Below are positions 50,393 to 63,873 of a DNA stretch of 64,000 nucleotides, piece by piece; the stretch's first letter is position 1; each line of letters begins with the position of its first letter. Position numbers and translations under genes: made by a program. The notes under the pieces were generated by a model that saw nothing but the letters and a program-made list of their open reading frames with translations, was not told where the DNA came from and ran no database searches. The stretch lies in NCBI GenBank assembly GCA_964016885.1, contig OZ024741.1, positions 13,764,001 to 13,828,000 on the forward strand, written 5' to 3'. This stretch comes from Eledone cirrhosa. Taxonomy: Eukaryota.

Positions 50393-51356
50393 GTAAGTGT
50401 TGTTTATTATGCTCTCTTTTGTCATTGTATATGTGTTTTTGTTGTGTGTATCTATGTATATGTGTGTGTGCGTGTGTGTATATATCATCATCATTTTATG
50501 TTTGCTTTCTATGCTTGCATGAATTGGACTGGTTATTCTCATCACAGCTTCCATCCACCTCCTGCATTCCTTTGGCATTTCCTCTGTGAGCTTCAGTGAT
50601 TTGAGATCACCTCTCATTCATTTCTGCCCAGGTCTTCCTTGGTCTGCCTCTACTGCAGCTTCCTTCCACTGGGAACTCTTGGTATTTCTTCACTCAACAA
50701 TCATCGTACATATGTATCATAGGTCCACACCAGCAGTCTTTTTATTTGCACACTTCTTACCAGCCAATCTACTTTGTGCATTTCCAATCTACTATTTATG
50801 TTTTTTGTTTCTTTCTGGTTGATGGCAATGGTCTCTTTGATTCTTAAATTACCCACATTCCTTTCAGGAAAGGATGAGACATAGATAAATAATAAAAGAT
50901 TGAAACTGCATGAAGCAGATTGACTACTATAACAACTTCACATATGTATATTTCAGACACGTAGACCAGTTGAGGAAGAACACATCTATTGTTCGTTTTT
51001 TGAAGCATTTCCTTTTCTCATTTGAAAAGAGAGTATTAGTCTGAAATGTTGAAATATACCACGTAAATCATTACTTTGTTTTATTTGTCCTCCTTTACCC
51101 TTTATATATTTCTCCCACATTGGACCGGCTTTCTGAAACTTATCAGGTCTTTTATTATAAATATATAATTTGTGAGCTGTGTACTCACAAAAACAAGATG
51201 TAGGACAGAGCAAAGGAGAGTCTCTAAATAACAAATTAGTCACTGGGGACAAGAGACTTTGACAATAAACAAATAAACAACCAGTTATTAAACCAACCAA
51301 CTGGGAGTTTATAATAAACTGAAGTGAAAACCTACCGTGCATGTGTTTTATTGGTA

Positions 51357-51430
51357 GCATGACCCTACCAGAGTATAACAACATGACCCGACCAGAGTAT
51401 AACAACATGACCCTACCAGCGTATAACAAT
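51357..51430. repeat. 24-bp tandem repeat x3
   Basis: catgaccctaccagagtataacaa. Confidence 0.85.
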
Positions 51431-52157
51431 GTCTGTTTCAACAGACGTTTGCAAAACAAATTAAAAAACAAAGTTTACACACACATACACACACACTCGC
51501 GCACATACACACACAGAGAAGGAAAAGCGAGATGGTAATGTTACATGGAATAACTGGTTAAAAGGTACCAGTTTGTGTTGCTTGGATACGGTTATTAAGG
51601 GATTCTTGTTGTGCATGGATATTTAGACTATATTCCCCCCTCTCCCCTACGTATCTCCCCTTTCCCCTTAACCCCCTTTCCTCCACCCTCTATAAATATA
51701 TTACATGTTTGAATATGTTTGTATGTCCTGCTCCCATCCAACCTTTGCTATCAGGGGAAGCAGACGTTAAATAATGATGATGATGATGTGTATATATATA
51801 TATATGTATATGTACATACTCTTGAGTCCCAAATAATATTGGAGTGGGGGTGGGGTGAGGGAAATTGGTAATTTTTCTACGTTTGTCTACGTTGATATTT
51901 TAAAAACCAGAATTAGTTGTTTAGTTTACATATTGAGACCCCAACCCATCCTATTTATTATATAATCTGTGGGATTTCAAGTAATGTACGTTTTTTTTTT
52001 GTCATGTAAATGTTTTTTAATGCATAAAGAAAATCAATTGATGCAGGAATGCTACCACTTAAAATAAAATTGCACCAGAGATAGATTAGCAAAATTCTAT
52101 AAGGAGGGGGGGAGGGCATTATTCTAGACTCGAGTGTATATGCATATGTGTGTATAT

Positions 52158-52537
52158 GTTTTTTTTTTTAAATAAAAGTAAATAGATTTATTTACAATAG
52201 TTTATAACTTTGCCTATTAATCCGTATGGTGAGCAAATGGGGTCACACGTGTTGGCCTCCCCACAGCCCCGGCGGACAGGATGGAGAAGGCGTTTCCCGG
52301 GAGGATGGTAAGGGAGATGCGCTGGAAGAGCCATTCCAACTCACGAGGTTTACACCTGCGGCTGGTGGTGAATAGGAAGGTAGCCCTAGGGCCGAGGACA
52401 CCAGAAGCCTCCACTGCCAAGGGCACGACCGCGAACCTGTACTTGGAGAGCTTGGCCTCCTCAGTCCGACATGATGCAGTACCTGGGTTAGTCGTAGACT
52501 GCACCAGGTTGCGGCTGGAGAAAGTGTCGCTGCTGTG
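52158..52537 (-). mobile_element. 3' fragment of a CRE-like non-LTR element (restriction-like endonuclease C-terminus) with A-tail
   Basis: SDTFS..NL, AKLSKY, PLAVEASGVLG, WLFQRISLTILPGNAFSIL; AATAAA and an oligo-A tail. Confidence 0.7.
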
Positions 52538-52644
52538 AATATATTTATGTATAGGAGCGACCGACTTTCGTCAAATCGGACCGAAGAAACAATGTTTCTA
52601 TCAGTTTTTCCAATTGCTAATACTATCTATCGGAACTCCAGGTA

Positions 52645-52765
52645 GAAGGAGCAACGTGAAATAAAATGTCTTGCTCAAGGACATAACGCATTTCCCGGTC
52701 CGGGAATCGAACTCACAACCTCACGATTGCGAATCCAATTCTCTAACCACTCAGCCACATGCTTT
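52645..52765 (-). mobile_element. tRNA-derived SINE
   Basis: TGGCTGAGTGG, GAGTTCGATTCC, ccttgagcaagacattttatttcacgttgctcc. Confidence 0.75.
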
Positions 52766-53274
52766 CACATATTTATGTATATAATGAAGAATATGTATCG
52801 ATTGTTATTGCTGTGTTTGGTGGTTGAAAGGAATAATGATGTAGTGGTAGAGTTTAATGGAAGACTTGTTAGATATCTTGTGGCATCTGCTCTGTTTCTT
52901 TGCGATCTAATTTAAAATCCTCTTCAAGTTGACGACGTTTCACTTAAACTAATTCACCATGTAAACATATTCATCAAGGGAAGTAACTCCGTGTATGTGT
53001 GTTTTTCCGAGTGAAACTCTAGAGTTACTTCCCTTAGCAGTTATTGCATTTTTCCGTAGACGTGTTTGCTCCTGTGCCTTTTCCTCGCATTTCCTCCCGC
53101 TCTAACTATCAGATGAAACTGCCACTAAAATAATGATCTTCCTGGACAATCTTTCATTTAACACTCGGGTAACATGTTCTGACCAGAATATGTATTTTCT
53201 GAAGGAGAGATTTATATTTTGTCAATCCTGATCACCCTAGTATCTTCCTGTTATTTAATATAGAAGTCATTTAT

Positions 53275-53625
53275 TCAGGCATGTGGCAGATGAACCCATG
53301 ACATTGTGGGTCAAACGTTTACTGGACTGGGTCGTGTGTAGTATTCTTGAGCAAAACACTTCTGAAAATGAGTACCAGCAATAGCAGGGGGTTTAACCTT
53401 ATGATGGACTGGCGTCCTATCCAGGGAGAAATCTTGTTCTCTCAGTCCCTTCATGCCATGAATCTGGGATAGATATTGGCCTCATGAGCCTCCAGACTCG
53501 AGACAGACTTTAACCTGTGATGGACTAGAATCCTGTTTATTGGAAAGTCTTGTACTGTCAGTCGCTTCCTCCCATGAAACCGGGATAAACACTGGCCTGC
53601 TGAGTCTCCTGGCTACAGACTTAGA
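53275..53625 (+). mobile_element. tRNA-derived SINE with duplicated 3' part
   Basis: Homologous to 46860-47075 (atggactggcgtcctatccagggag). Confidence 0.65.
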
Positions 53626-54184
53626 GACTAGAGACTATACAGATGAAATTCATTCATGCATTTTAATCTAATAGTATTTGTGTAAGGAGTGACTGGTAGA
53701 TTATCAAATCTTACCTTACATATATTATTGTTGTTTAGCCACAACTCAAATCCAATCCTGCACACCCATAATAAAAGGTGTTCCAGATATGACCATCCTG
53801 TCTTTTATTCAGAATTTGTAGAACTACATTGTTAAATGTGTCCTTGTTGTTGTTTAGTCCCAGGCCAAGTCCAGTCCATCAGACCCATAATATTCAAGCC
53901 ATGACTATCTCCTCCTTTATTTACACAAAGAGTATTTAGGACTGCATTACCTAATATATTCTTTCTTTTTTTAAACACTTTTTATACCAACCTCCCTAAA
54001 ACTGCTTCTAGTTCTCTGAAACAAGACCACCCATTTTAAAGGGGTCCTATTTAAACTAAAACTTTCAACATAATTTGATATAAGAATATTTTTCTTATGT
54101 TGCAAATGCCATCTTAATAATGAAATAAGTTATAATTTTAGTAAATTTTACCAAATTCTTCATTAATTAGTTTGGGTACATTAT

Positions 54185-55060
54185 ATCTTCTTCACCCACT
54201 TATACCTTGGAGGGTCGTGGGGGAAGAGTCCTCAAACACTCCTTCCAGTGGGTCCTGACAGAAGCAATCATCTCCAACTGATCTGGCTGGATCCCCAAGC
54301 GAAACCGGCAAGCTCATAGATACTATCCATTCATCTTGCTTGTAGTCAGCGATTCTTTCCTGAGGCATCCTAACCAGATGCCCATAGTATCGGAGCTATG
54401 ATCTCCCAATTCGGAGAAGTAGTGGCTCTGCCAGGAGGGACTCTCTGATCTCCAAGTTACTCACTTTATAGAGTAACGTTACTCACTTTATAGAGTAACA
54501 TTACTCCAAGGACATTTCAGAGGAACTTCATTTCAGCCACTTGTATTCACAATCATATTCTTTTGGTCATTACCCAAGATTCATGGCCATAGGTAAGAGT
54601 TGACATGAATACTGAATTGAAGATAATGAGTTTGGCTTTTACCCCTACTTCCTTTCTTCTGTTTACTGAATGCTGAAGCTGGCACATTACTGCACCAGTT
54701 CCTGAAATTCTTGCACTTAATTCAGCCTCCTGCCTTCCATCGCTCATGTACACAGCCCCGAGATACGTGAAGTTCTCTACCTGCTTCAGTGGAACTCTAT
54801 TAACATGTAGAGTGCACTGCACAGTCTCCTTGAGAGGACGAGCGTCTCAGTTTTTGCAGCACTAATTTTCATTCCAGCCATGCACCACTCGGCATCAAAC
54901 CTAGCAAGTGCAAGTCGCAGATCATCTTCTTTTGAGTTGAGTAATACCAGGTCATTTGAAAATTCCATCCGACTGTTTTTACAGCTGCCAGTCATGATAC
55001 CACTTCCAACCCAGTTGTGCATGTCAATGAAGAGCAAAGATGACAGTACACATCCTTATA
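54185..55060 (-). mobile_element. degraded LINE 3' fragment (RTE-like, second family)
   Basis: LKQVENFTYLG, LTYGHESWVMT, GMKISAAKTETLV. Confidence 0.75.
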
Positions 55061-56894
55061 TTTCATTAGAAATATGATGATGAAAGGGTTAAGACTGTGT
55101 GGTGGATTTTAGGGATTTGTATGTAATTTCTAGCTCTAATAACTCATAAATCTATCGTAGCTCATAAGTGAAGGACAGTACTGATTGATTGATATACTAA
55201 AATATTGATTAGGAAGATTATTGATTTTATTTATCTTTATCTTATATTGGAAACAAGAGAAAGAAAATAAATAACTTGTTTCTAATTAGCTTATTGATAC
55301 ATACTGCATTAAACATATTAACTTGATTATTGTTTATGATAAGGATAGCGTCCATGAGAAGTAATTACCACATTGATAAATATATATATATTAATTTTTC
55401 ATGACTACTCCTGAATATTTTAGTAAGTACAGTGAAATCCATGCATCACGAAGAAACTACAATAAAGCCAAATCATGTTCAGACTTGTCTGCGGTATTTA
55501 CTAAAATGATTAAAATATTTAGTCATGGAGTTAATATTATCTTTTCCTCACTACATAATTAGTTTTAATTAAAAACTAAAGGAACCAATTGCCAGCTCTG
55601 ATCAATAAAGACAAAGTTTCAATCGTGGATACCATTGGCTGGTTGAAACTTCTGGCATGAGAATACCCAGGGCTGGATCAAATATAGAGACATTTAATCT
55701 GATATTTTAACACCTCAGCCAATTCGTCGTCTTCTGTTCAAAGAAGAAGAAAAAATATTATGGGAATTGTGTTGTTATAGAATTTTCTAGATGAAGTTAG
55801 AATAGAAACTTAAAAAAACCCCAGAAAACTACTTATCACCTACAGATCAGGTGAGCCTACCAACCAGATAGATGTTATCTGCATCAGAAGATGAGACTGA
55901 GTAAATGCAAAGTCTCTCTTTAGTGAGGAATGCACACCCCAACATAACGTAGTAGTTAGTGACATTATAGTTAGCACTAGACAAACTTTATAGTTAGGGA
56001 TAGACAGTGAGCAATCTAAAGGAGAAGAATATTGAAGTTGATTTCCTTACTTGTCTTCCTCTCCAAACACTCACGCCTGATACACTTCACCTGCCCAAAC
56101 CCATGCATACAAGCATGACAGCTGGACACGTTCTAAATTTGATCCTTCACAATAGCATTATCACGACAAAAACAAAAAAAACGACCACCCTATATGCTGA
56201 TTTGGTTTCACAACAACAAAAGCATCCACTTCATCCTCTAAGGTTGTCATGTTGGTGACATGAAAAAACGCTTCTAGTTCGCCTTGTAATGTGATCGTGC
56301 TGGTGACACGACAAAAAGCGCCAGTCCAGCATGTAATATGGTCCTGCTTGTGGCACAACAAAAACTACCCAGTCCACACTGTTAGATGGTCGTTTTAGTA
56401 CCATGATGCTATGAAAAAAAGCACCCAGTCGACACTGTAACTTGGGTGGCGTTAGGAAGGGCATCTAGCTGTAGAAAGTAAGTTAAAATAAGATGTGTAT
56501 GAGCAAGACGTTGCTTACCTGACCTGACTTGTTTCTCTGAACAGAACAACCCGACTAGACCAAGCAGGTGTTGAAAAATACTCGTTAAATGTTGGTGATG
56601 ATGATGATGATTAAAATAGACTAAACTATGTTATTTGTGTATATAGTATATGGTATTTTATTTGGTCGCAGTCCCAGCTTGTAATTATGACGAGGGGCAT
56701 AGTGGGGAAAATGTACGTCAGCTCTACACAGATGTTTACACATCAAAATTCAAGGGAGGTGACTCTATTGTCTCACACAAATATATAAAAATACATACTG
56801 AGTTACTTCCCTTGATTTATAGATTTTCTTCGCAATATTTTTACTGTATATTAAATGCATATTTATAATAAAGATAAGGCACTGCTCCAACTGG

Positions 56895-57215
56895 CTTCTG
56901 AGTTCAAATCCCGCCGAGGTTAACTTTGCCTTTCATCCTTACGGGGTCGATAAAATAAAGTACCAGTAATACACTGGGATAATTGCTGGCCTTGTGCCAA
57001 AAGTAGAAACAATTATTTTATTCGGTTGGCAGTATCGGTAGAACGCGGACAGCCTGTTTTGTAGCATATTGTTACGGCCCTTTATCCTTTCAGGGCCACT
57101 AAAATCAGGTACCAATTAAGCATTGGGGTCGATTTAATTCAAATTACTGGCCTTTGGCCAAATGTAGAAAAATTATTTTATTTGGTCCTCCTGGATTTTA
57201 AGTTCGAATTCTACG
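56895..57215 (+). mobile_element. cluster of short SINE-like repeats (ctttgcctttcatccttacggggtcgataaa family)
   Basis: B-box-like GAGTTCAAATCCC; inverted homologue at ~59470-59590. Confidence 0.6.
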
Positions 57216-57339
57216 AAGCACTGATTTACATTCCTGCTGTGCAGCAAACCTATCAAGTGCGTGTTGGAAATCACCTTCTGACGTGTTAAGTAGCTACATG
57301 TCTTCTGCAAATTTATCCGACTCATCCTTTCTTGATACC

Positions 57340-57995
57340 CCCTTTCAACCTGCACAGATTAATCTTGCACATGTTCAGATTATGAACAGGAGAAGTAACA
57401 GTATGTACCCTTGGTGGAATCCGACACCCACTTAGCAGGTGGAGAAGTTGAAGTATTTCAGGGTTGTTTTCACAAGGGATAGAAGGCAGAAAGCTGAATT
57501 AAAGGGAAGGATTCCAGGTGCTGGTGCAATAATGCTTCAGTATTCTTCGCCAGCAGAAGGGAGTGAGGTGTAAATGCCTTCAGTATTCATGTCTACCTAT
57601 ATCAATCATCTTGAATCTTGGGTAATGACCAAAAGAATTAGATCGAAAATACAAACAGCTGAAATGGGTATCCTCCGTAGAGTCTTAGAGTACATAACTC
57701 GGAGATCAGGGAGTTGCTCTAGGTAGAACCGCTCACAGCTATGATACTTTGGCCATGTTGTCAGAATGCCTAAAGAAAGAATTGCTGGACATATTTTATA
57801 GGCAAAACCAACTGGCAGGAGACAAAGGTGTAGATCATCAGCAAGATGGTTGGATAACATCCATAAGCTTCATTTGGGCGGGCTTAGGGATCCAGCTGGA
57901 TCAATTGGAGACAGTTGCTTCTGACAGGATCCACTGGAAGTATACTTAAGAACTCTGTCCCCACAACTATCTCAGGAATAAGTGGGGGAAGGAGA
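57340..57995 (+). mobile_element. degraded LINE 3' fragment homologous to 54185-55060
   Basis: gaatcttgggtaatgaccaaaagaat...gctgaaatg shared. Confidence 0.7.
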
Positions 57996-58438
57996 AAAAG
58001 GTTGGCACCAACTGTTATCTTTCCATACAGTTCTGTCTACTCAGTTTCACTTCCTAAATTTGGGTCAACCTGAGGCTACATTGTAGAAGCACTTGCCTAA
58101 CATACTATACAGTGGGGTCAAACATGAGCCCTCATGATTGTGAAGGGACATTGTTAATCACCCAGTCATACCTAAAAGAAATGAAACAAAACAATGTTGA
58201 GAAATGTGTATATACATGTTGGTTCTGATGATGTGTTCCCATTGTTTGAACAACAGAACTACCTGCTCAGGAAATTAACATACAAATAGCTGACCATTCC
58301 ACAGACATTTACATTTAGCATAGCTCTCAGGGACATTCAATGTAACACAGTGTGTGACATAACCAGCTCTCTGACTTACAGATATAGCTTTTTTTCCAGC
58401 AGAGTGAACTGAATCAATATGAAAATTACTGCCTCAAG

Positions 58439-58638
58439 NNNNNNNNNNNNNNNNNNNNNNNNNNNNNNNNNNNNNNNNNNNNNNNNNNNNNNNNNNNNNN
58501 NNNNNNNNNNNNNNNNNNNNNNNNNNNNNNNNNNNNNNNNNNNNNNNNNNNNNNNNNNNNNNNNNNNNNNNNNNNNNNNNNNNNNNNNNNNNNNNNNNNN
58601 NNNNNNNNNNNNNNNNNNNNNNNNNNNNNNNNNNNNNN
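58439..58638. other. assembly gap (200 N)
   Basis: Run of N. Confidence 0.99.
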
Positions 58639-58925
58639 TAGCATCTCTACAATCTCTTCTGACTTGCCTTTCATCGTGCCAACGTTTACAGTGGAAGCCC
58701 TGAAGTTTGAGACCAGGTTGGAAGAGAAGGGCACACATGGCTTGTTCATTTTCTGGATTTGAAATTAGAGGATATGCTTCATTGCATCTCGCACATTTTT
58801 TACACATTATATTGTATTGATACTTTGTTCCATGACACTTTAACTCCCTGGGCCCTAGTCCCCCCCCCCCCCACCACGGCTACCACCTGTATGTGCAATA
58901 TCTACCTAGTTAAAGGAACGGTAAC
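58639..58925 (-). mobile_element. 5' end of an RTE-type LINE ORF running into the gap
   Basis: FRASTVNVGTMKGKSEEIVEML resembles an APE endonuclease N-terminus. Confidence 0.6.
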
Positions 58926-59682
58926 AGGCTTTATATGATCTCGTAGTCCACTCTCATACTCCCAGGCCCCATCATTCATATACATGTGTGTGTGTGTGTA
59001 TATATATATATATACATATATACAGAAGATCCGACTTCCCCACAAGCTGAAGCATATATACAGTATGCCCCATACATCCCCATGAGGACAGGCAAAAGTA
59101 AATGCATCTTTTGAAGCCCCCAGTCCACACTGTAAAGTGGCCATGTAAAAGACAGAAAGCACCCAGCTTTGAAATGATATAAACAGTGATGTTCAGTTTT
59201 ACTTTATTTCTCTCTTCCTATCACTTCTGTCGACCAACTCACTTCTAGCCACGAATTTATGTCCCTTCAGCTATTTTTACCTGATGCTATCATTGACACC
59301 ATTTTGATGGTTTAACAGATGTTCTTGTGTTGACTTTTTGTCATTCTATGGATATTGAATCAATTTAAAAAAAATTTGAAGGCATATTTGATATTTTAAC
59401 AATATTAAAGTGAAATAATCTTAAATAGTAAACACTGTAGTAAACAATATACATTTTAAATGAATTAATAAATAATTGTTTCTACTTTTGGCACAAGGCC
59501 AGCAATTATCCAGTGTAATACTGGTGCTTTATTTATCGACCCCGTAAGGATGAAAGGCAAAGTTAACCTCGGCAGGATTTGAACACGATAGTAAGATAGC
59601 TTTGGTTTGACATAGGCAGATAAAGGGATTCAGAAGGAGACTTCTTCTCTTTTAAAGTTTGTTTCAAATCAGGAGGTTCATT

Positions 59683-60290
59683 CGGGCAGTGCTTATCCTG
59701 GTTATGTGGTGTTAAGCGACTGAGAGTTCAAGAATTCCCTCTGGACAGGACGCCAGTCTGTCTCAAATCAGGGCAGTGCTTATCCTGGTTATGTGGTGTT
59801 AAGCGACTGAGAGTACAGGACACCAGTCCATCACTGAGTTAAAGTCTGTCTTAAATCAGGGCAGTGCTTATCCTGGTTATGTGGTGTTAAGTGACTGAGA
59901 GTTCAAGAATTCCCCCTGGACAGGACGCCAGTCCATCACTGAGTTAAAGTCTGTCTCAAATCAGGGCAGTGCTTATCCTGGTTATGTGGTGTTAAGTGAT
60001 AGAGAGTCCAAGAATTCCCCTGGACAGGACGCCAGTCCATCACTGAGTTAAAGTCTGTCTCAAATCAGGGCAGTGCTTATCCTGGTTATGTGGTGTTAAG
60101 CGACTGAGAGTACAGGACACCAGTCCATAACAAGGTTGAAACCTCCAGCTATTGCTGCTGGTAATCATTTAGAGCTGAGTATACTGGAGCAACGTGAAAT
60201 GAAGTGTTTTGTTCAAGAACACCACACACAACCCAGCCCAGGACTCAAGCCCACAACCCTTACCACTGGGCCACACACCTCCAGGGGATT
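59683..60290 (-). mobile_element. tRNA-derived SINE whose 3' ~85-105 bp is tandemly repeated 5 times
   Basis: gggcagtgcttatcctggttatgtggtgttaag at ~59684, 59770, 59858, 59963, 60067; SINE core and head at 60170-60290. Confidence 0.8.
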
Positions 60291-60534
60291 CAATTCACAT
60301 GCATTTCGTTATCATCATCTTTTTGTTTCACAGTATTCAGAGATTGGAAAGCTTGTTCATGTGTTTTTGGTTCTCTTCATTGCTGTTTAATGTCCATTTT
60401 CCACGCTAATATGAGTTGGATGAGCTGTCCCGTTGTAAGATAAGTCAGATCAGATGACTGTCTTGCTCATACAGTACACTTTCTGGCTTGGCTTCTATGG
60501 CTGGATGCCCTTCTAATGCCAACCCCATTTCAGT

Positions 60535-60680
60535 GTGGACTGGGTACTTTTTCTCATGTCACCAACATAACCACTTTACAGGGTAGACTGGGTACTTTTT
60601 CTCATGTCACCAACATAACCACTTTACAGGGTGGACTGGGTACTTTTTCTCATGTCACCAACACAACCACTTTACAGAGA
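60535..60680. repeat. 48-bp tandem repeat x3 inside the RTE-associated repeat
   Basis: actgggtactttttctcatgtcaccaacataaccactttacag... Confidence 0.85.
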
Positions 60681-61140
60681 GGTATTAGAATATATTAAAC
60701 TTAACCCAAAATCTCATTTTGGTGGGATACAAGTTAATCTTGGTTCCTGAAACTCCAGATACAGCATCAGGAACTCAAAGATATTGGAATAAACAATATT
60801 GGAAGAATTTAAGTTTCTACACCGGGAAGTCAATTCTTTATAGAAATAGAAATTTTTACATGCTAGCATATAGAACTAAAGTCTGTGGTGTGAGAGCAAG
60901 GTGACCACTAATCATATGAGTACTCAATATATGGGGAGATGTAGAGTGAGTATATATATATACTCATATTCACAAATATATATGTGTATATGTGTGCGCG
61001 CTCACACAAACACACGCACACACACGCACATATGAACAAGATGTAGTTTCCCAAGATTTAGTCTAGACTCTGATTGTGACAACACTTCCAACTTTTTTCA
61101 GCCAGGGAAACAGACATAAAATTATGATGATAACGATGAT

Positions 61141-61142
<2 letters not shown>

Positions 61143-61197
<55 letters not shown>

Positions 61198-61527
61198 AGA
61201 CTAAACAAGTAAATGAATGCTATCAAACAATATATGCCTGCTTTTGTTTTTATCCGACCAAATCATTGCTAAAAATGGTGTCATTTTTTATTGCATCTTT
61301 CTTATTAAGTGTTGTTTGTTATGGCACCTTTACTGTGTGTGTGTTATGGCACCTTTACTCTATGTGTGTATGTATTATGGCGCCTTTACTGTATGTGTGT
61401 ATGTGTTATGGCACCTTTACTCTGTGTGTATGATCATCAATTTCATACGTCTGCTTTTCAAAAAAACATACATATATATGTGGAAAATGGTTGTTAAATG
61501 ATTATGATGATAATATATGTGTGTGTG

Positions 61528-61613
<86 letters not shown>

Positions 61614-61721
61614 CAGTAATATATATATATATACACATACAGTAATATATATATATATACATACAGTAATATATATATATTGTTATACTTTGGGAGGGTC
61701 ATGTTGCCAAATTCAGAAACG

Positions 61722-61757
<36 letters not shown>

Positions 61758-61945
61758 CTGTATGTATATATATATATATTACTGTATGTGTACACACATA
61801 TATATATATATACACATATATACACATACAGTATATATATATATATACACATACAGTAATATATATATATATATATTAAAAAATGCTTTCTAACAAACAG
61901 ATATAATATATATATATATATGTGTGTGTGTGTATGTGTGTGAGT
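61143..61945. repeat. (GT)n, a tatggcacctttact minisatellite x4 and (TA)n tracts
   Basis: Read directly. Confidence 0.9.
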
Positions 61946-62360
61946 TTACATATTTGCAATAGATAAACACAGAGTGAGAAAATGAGAGGTAGTGTTGTTT
62001 TTTTATATATCTATCTACCCCTTTACACTTTCTCTTCCCCAACCCTTGCTATTTATGTTTGTTAATAATTCTAGCTGTGCTATCTAGTTAGCTAATGGCA
62101 CCACCCTCTTTAGTTCGACCCCCACCACCACTATAATGAAATGGTCAATGGACAAAACCCCTTTCATCACTAATACCATCAATATAGTTCACAAGTGACT
62201 TCGCTGACTTATTACAATAAACTAATAAATTGCCTGCTGACAATCACTTCCACAGGGTCAAGATTAGAGGGTTTCGGGCTTGTCCATTGTTTTTTTATTA
62301 TTCAGGTTTCTCGTTCCTTTTTTTTTTTTTACCCACATCATCATTTTTTCACTATCCAAT

Positions 62361-62391
<31 letters not shown>

Positions 62392-62464
62392 CATGAAAAG
62401 TGGACATTAAATGATGAAGATGATATGTATGTATATATGTTTGTATAAAAGAATATATATATAT

Positions 62465-62510
<46 letters not shown>

Positions 62511-62635
62511 ATTCTTTTATATATATATATTTATATATTTTTATATTTAGTATATCAATGTATAAAATATATCTACATGGAAAAAAATACATACAAAATG
62601 ATTATGTATGTATGTATGTATGGTTAAGAAAGTGT

Positions 62636-62678
<43 letters not shown>

Positions 62679-62707
62679 GTGTGTGTGTTTGTGTGTGTTT
62701 AAGAATG

Positions 62708-62741
<34 letters not shown>

Positions 62742-63040
62742 GTGTATTATATATATGTGTGTGTATGGTGAAAGAACATTATTTTTTATTGTATGAGCTG
62801 CAGACATAAAGAGACAAAAATAATTAGGAAAGCCATTGAATTGAACTCACATATTGGTGATTAAAGGATATAAAACAGACTGCTCATTACCATTAATTAT
62901 TATTAATGACCCTCCATTGAATGTTGGAGGTGTAAGATCAATTTCTGGCTGGTATTAATTTCTAAAAAAATGTTATTTTGTTTTATTTCTGTATGACATA
63001 TAAATGAGTTGGTTGTTAACATTGTGTGTGTATATATATA

Positions 63041-63089
<49 letters not shown>

Positions 63090-63720
63090 TTCATTTCATT
63101 TTGCGTCCGCTTTTCCCTGCTTGCAAGGGTGGGACGGGAACTGATTCTGGCTTGATTTCTACAGCTGGATGCCCTTCCTAACACCAACCTCATTTACAGT
63201 TATATATTTTTTGTTGCATCGCCAGTCTGAAGAGAGGATTGATAATGGAATTGGGTCGATAACTTCTATGGGTGACCCTGGGCCAATCCTCTGTGAAATG
63301 TGCATAACAGGTCGATACACAATAAAAATCTAAAAACATGTAAACGAAACTTCGTTCTTTTTAATATATATATCCAGTCCAAACTAATGAGGTTCTGTAG
63401 GTGGTACAACAAAAAACACAGTCCACGCTGTAATGTGGCCATGTAGGTAACACGGTAAAAAGTTCCCAGTTCCACACTGTAAATATGGTTGGTGTTAGGA
63501 AGGGCATCCAGCCGTAGAAAACCTGCCAGATAGTCCTATACAAGCAAGACATGGTCACCCGACCAATCTTGCCTCAAGTGGGACAATTCCTGTCTAACCC
63601 ATGCTACCGTGGAAGATAGACATTAAACGATGATGATGATATATATATATATATAGTGGTAGAACACTGGAAGGTAATATCCGTAGTGGTAGAGCACTCA
63701 GTCCATGGGACGAGTTAGGT

Positions 63721-63873
63721 AGAAGTGGTTACACAACAGTTAGTTCACCATACCGAGAACAATTGTTTCACCTTAGCGGATCCTCAGCTTGTAAACCGAT
63801 TACGAGCTGAGGATCCGCTAAGGTGAAACAATTGTTCTCGGTATGGTGAACTAACTGTTGTATAACCACTTCT
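63721..63873. repeat. long palindrome (74-bp arms, 5-nt loop) containing hammerhead motifs
   Basis: Arms differ at only 2 positions. Confidence 0.93.
63803..63840 (+). ncRNA. minimal type I hammerhead-ribozyme motif (Penelope-like)
   Basis: CGAG-CTGAGGA-t cc gctaa gg t-GAAAC AATT GT T^CTCG: stem I CGAG/CTCG, palindromic stem III, GUU triplet. Stem II is short with a U-U first pair. Confidence 0.55.

Noticed and set aside
53113-63345. Further host exons (~53113-53168, 55433-55493, 60759-60812, 63231-63311)
   Set aside because: Short open frames with weak splice sites, phases that do not chain with the 50305 exon, and no confidently recognisable homology.
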